Positions 60,686-64,000 of a stretch of DNA of 64,000 nucleotides are shown here, piece after piece. The first letter of the stretch is position 1. Each line of letters starts with the position of its first letter. Origin of the DNA: Tricharina praecox. Taxonomy: Eukaryota. The position numbers and the translations under genes were made by a program. The DNA is taken from assembly GCF_024521635.1 (NCBI RefSeq), contig NW_026250408.1:434001-498000 (forward strand), in the 5' to 3' direction. The notes beneath the pieces are model-generated. The model was not told the DNA's origin and searched no databases. It saw only the letters and a program-made list of their open reading frames with translations.

Positions 60686-62182
60686 CGGAAGCTGAATGGA
60701 CACGTCGGGATCATTTTAAATCACTCGGGTGTCACGTGCTTCTGCGAACCGTGGATTGTGGACCGTGGATTGAGTTGTACTAAACGCACGTGTCACAGTG
60801 TAGATACACACTCGAATCGTATTAGTCGTATGTAGAGGATCCCTAGATACCTGCCCGCCGCAGGACAGAGTGACAAGCTACAACCAAGTTCTCGTACCCA
60901 CCTTCACCGCTCATCCAGCAGTCGACGTCCCTGCCCGCAGAGCGGAGTACCGTGGTACTCTATATAGGGCGGACATGAGGCGCAACGCTACCTATAACTA
61001 GCGGTTAAGCTAGATCTCGCAACGCTGAGGCCGACCCTGCTGGGCGTATCCAACCGGCGGGCATTGGATCCGGAGGCGGGCTCATTGGACGAAACCAGCC
61101 AGCAGATACGTACCCATTGCTTTTTCTCGTGTCCTGTGCGGTTGTGGCTTCTCTACCGTACTCTACCTACTGTAGAGCAGAGCAGTTGGTTTCTCTAGGG
61201 ACTGTGGTCTTGTACGGTTGCACCGTCCAGCCGCGGTGGGCTTGGTAAGAATCAAGATATGTAGGTAGGGACGGCTTGATACGAGAGGTCGAATTACTCT
61301 ATCTCCACCACCACAACCACCACCAACTCGTTATGTATGAGAGTAGGTACACGATGTTGCCAAGCTGTCGAACCGACTTCAAAGCGTGCATCTCATCATC
61401 TATGCCAAGAAAATCCCAGACATTGTTGGACGCCCACGCCCACAAACTCTAAGTTCTAACCACGGGCCGGAAGATTTCTTTCGTGTTGGCCTCCTCCTCC
61501 TCTTCTTCTTCCTTTCTTCTTCTTCTTTGCCATTTAGTAGTCGAGGCTCGAGCTGCCAATAATAGGCACCTCTGCGAAATTCAAATTCCGAGCAAAACAC
61601 GAGGTGGCATGCATAAACGAGAAACACGGTAATTATCCTCCTCCCTCGTTAAAAGAAACCGCCGAGAACTTTCTTTTCTTTTCTTTTGCGTCCACCGCAC
61701 TCGGTTCGTGCGCGGTGGTGGGGGTTATACCCGTTTCCGACACTCCGGAACAGCCGTGGGGACTCGCGAGCCCGTTGTTGAGGTTTGAGTTGACACGCAC
61801 TGGCGAGAACTGCTCTTCCCCCCGAGATGAAACTCCACCGAGACCGGAGGCATGGACTCGGAAACTTGGAAACCCGTAGAGCTGCTTGGGTCCCCGGGGG
61901 GATGTTTCGCAGCGGCGTGGCGTCTCAGGATTTGGATTTGGATCCGACAACTCGAAAACTTCCATGTATGTACCTACCGTATATCCAAACACCGGGGAAA
62001 AGGGTCGTGGTCCGATAACCAAGCAACCAAGCAACTGCCTACCCAGATACAAAGTTACCGCCCCCACCACAAACGCAGGGCTCGCGTGAGGGTAGATTAC
62101 TTTCCGTGGAAACAGAGACAGAGGCGTTTCTCTCCGATGAAGATGAAGGTGCGGTCCGTGCATTGTACAATTACCGGGCATA

Positions 62183-62260
62183 TCTCCCATGTCTTCCCTT
62201 CCATGTCTCCCATGTCTCCCATGCTTTCCATGCCTTCCATGTCTTCCCTTCCATGTCTCC
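62183..62260. repeat. Degenerate CCATGTCT(T/C)C minisatellite
   Basis: CCATG recurs 7 times at 9-14 bp spacing. Confidence 0.8.
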
Positions 62261-64000
62261 ACGCTGAGATCTCCTCCACGAACGCTCGGCCGACGTCAAC
62301 GCAACCTTCCACAAGTAGAGATGTGTGTAGTCCCGACCGGTTGGGACCCCCTTTCGAGGCGGACGAGCAGACCGACCTGGAGCGAGCGAGAGCGAATGAG
62401 AGCGAACAAGAGGAGAGCGAATGAGAGCGAATGGAAATACCCGCCAATAGTTGGGGTCCCCGTACGCTACGTACGTGCCGTCTGTGAGTATGTAGAGTAC
62501 GCTGGCACGGGTGGACGCTCCAGAGTATAGGTAGGCTCGGTAGGTGGTAGACTCCTGACTGGTGCGTCGGGGGCGTCGGGACTCGGGAGGCGGGGAGGGG
62601 GCTTGGTGTCCTCGAAAGCCTCGAGCAAGAGCAAGCTCGGCGTCGCTCCGAGAGGGCCATTCCGTACAGTATTCCGTATTCTATATTCCATAGGTATTCC
62701 GTATCCCAGATCCCATTTTCCGTATTCCGTATCCCATTATCCCACTCCTCGATCATCCTACAAATGTTGATCCCCGGATCTTGCTGCCTGGTCCCTGAAC
62801 CTCCATCTTGCCGAAACCTAGGCAGGGCAGGCGGTTGCATCCCGTGCAGGGCTCGACTCACCTCTAGGCCCGGACCTTTGGAGCCGACAGTAGCCGATTT
62901 GACCCTGTGCCGGAGTTCTCCCATGAGCGAGCGGCTCGGGATGTTTGGCTGGGGCCGGCTCAAACTCCCGGAGGCCCGAGGGTGCGGTTGGCAGTGGTGC
63001 GGTGCGGGCTGGTAGTGGTGCGGGCTGGTTGGTTGGTCAGGATTGCTAATTGAGCATCTATCTAGCTGTCGGAACTGGACTGGACTGATTTGGTCAGGTC
63101 AGGGCAGTGGACACGGGGCGCAAGTGGAAAGCTGCAAGCCACACACGCAATACCCCGAAATAGTTAAAATAGTTAGCTAACCGCGCTTCCGTAGTCCCGT
63201 TCCAACTTCAGTCTTCCGTTCCGTGGTTGCTGCTTCTTGAATTCTGAACCCTCAATCCTCGATAGGTTTACATAGCACGTGAGGCTGGTGAGGTCATTAC
63301 GACGGATTGATGGATGACTGGATGGATGGAAGGAAGGAAGGATGGAAGCGGGCACGCGCGGGGTCCGCCCTCCCCTCCCCCAGATGGTGCCGGGGATTGC
63401 GGATTTTACCTACTCGTACGGACTTACCTCCATGCCCACTCGTGTCGGAAAGCAAAGTCGCCGAGCAGCAGGAGCGGTGATCATTAACTCTAGGCTTCGG
63501 GGTTAGGGTTGGGGTTTGAACATCTATGCTTATGCTGCTGCTTCGGCGAGATGGAGATGGAGATGGATCTGGATGGAGATCTTGGAAGATCTTGCCATCC
63601 CTCCCCCCCCCCCCCCCCCTCCCCCCGGTCCTGGCCAGGCCGCTCCACAGATCGCTTCCGCACGAGATAAGACGCATGCTGCGGACGGGATCGAGGTATC
63701 CGACACACACAGCTGCTCGCAAGGGAGCGGGTTCCAGCGGCTCGGACTGGCGGACAGGGTCGTTCGCTGCTCGCTCGCTCGTGAAGCTGGCTGGGTTGAA
63801 GGGTTGTCAGGTTTTCCGAAAGCGGTTCGGGGATGAAGGGCGCGATAGGCTAGTTGCTACTTACCTGGTACTAGTTACTACTGGTTAGTACTGTTCATGG
63901 CTATCACAGGAGTGAAGTTAAAGTAGAACAAACGGTGAATAGAGTACCGTTATGCAGAATAGAGATAGAGACGGAGTTCCTACACAACTCGACACAGCGA

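Noticed and set aside
58713..62963. 295-aa and 288-aa ORFs in the terminal region
   Set aside because: Composition is driven by simple repeats, with no domains and no supporting splice signals.

Overview
Eukaryotic, intron-rich DNA from a filamentous ascomycete (Pezizomycotina; Pezizomycetes is a guess from gene style). Sixteen spliced protein-coding genes can be reconstructed by hand from GT/GC-AG junctions, CTRAC branch points and protein motifs: SPC34, SMC6, DHH1, CTP1, COQ9, a NYN/PIN-like nuclease, HSP12, a GBP2/HRB1-type SR-RRM protein, a DIM-2-type DNA cytosine methyltransferase, protein-L-isoaspartate methyltransferase, BSD2, HPC2, RLP24, PAM18, tubulin cofactor C, the complex I 21.3 kDa (NDUFA11) subunit and UBP2 (17 counting the NYN gene). 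The intergenic DNA holds DNA-transposon debris: a Mutator-like TIR element with a perfect hAT MITE nested inside it, a deleted hAT element, a possible pogo remnant and a MITE-like insert in a DIM-2 intron. The most striking signal is a small set of TA-(2-3 nt)-TA motifs throughout non-coding DNA. In the dead hAT transposase, four consecutive frameshifts are each exactly such a 4-nt insertion, which points to pervasive, stacked Tc1/mariner-type excision footprints. The GBP2 gene has a predicted 2.2-kb intron, out-of-frame alternative acceptors and an 8-nt microexon with a GC donor. All family calls come from motif recognition; no database search was run.
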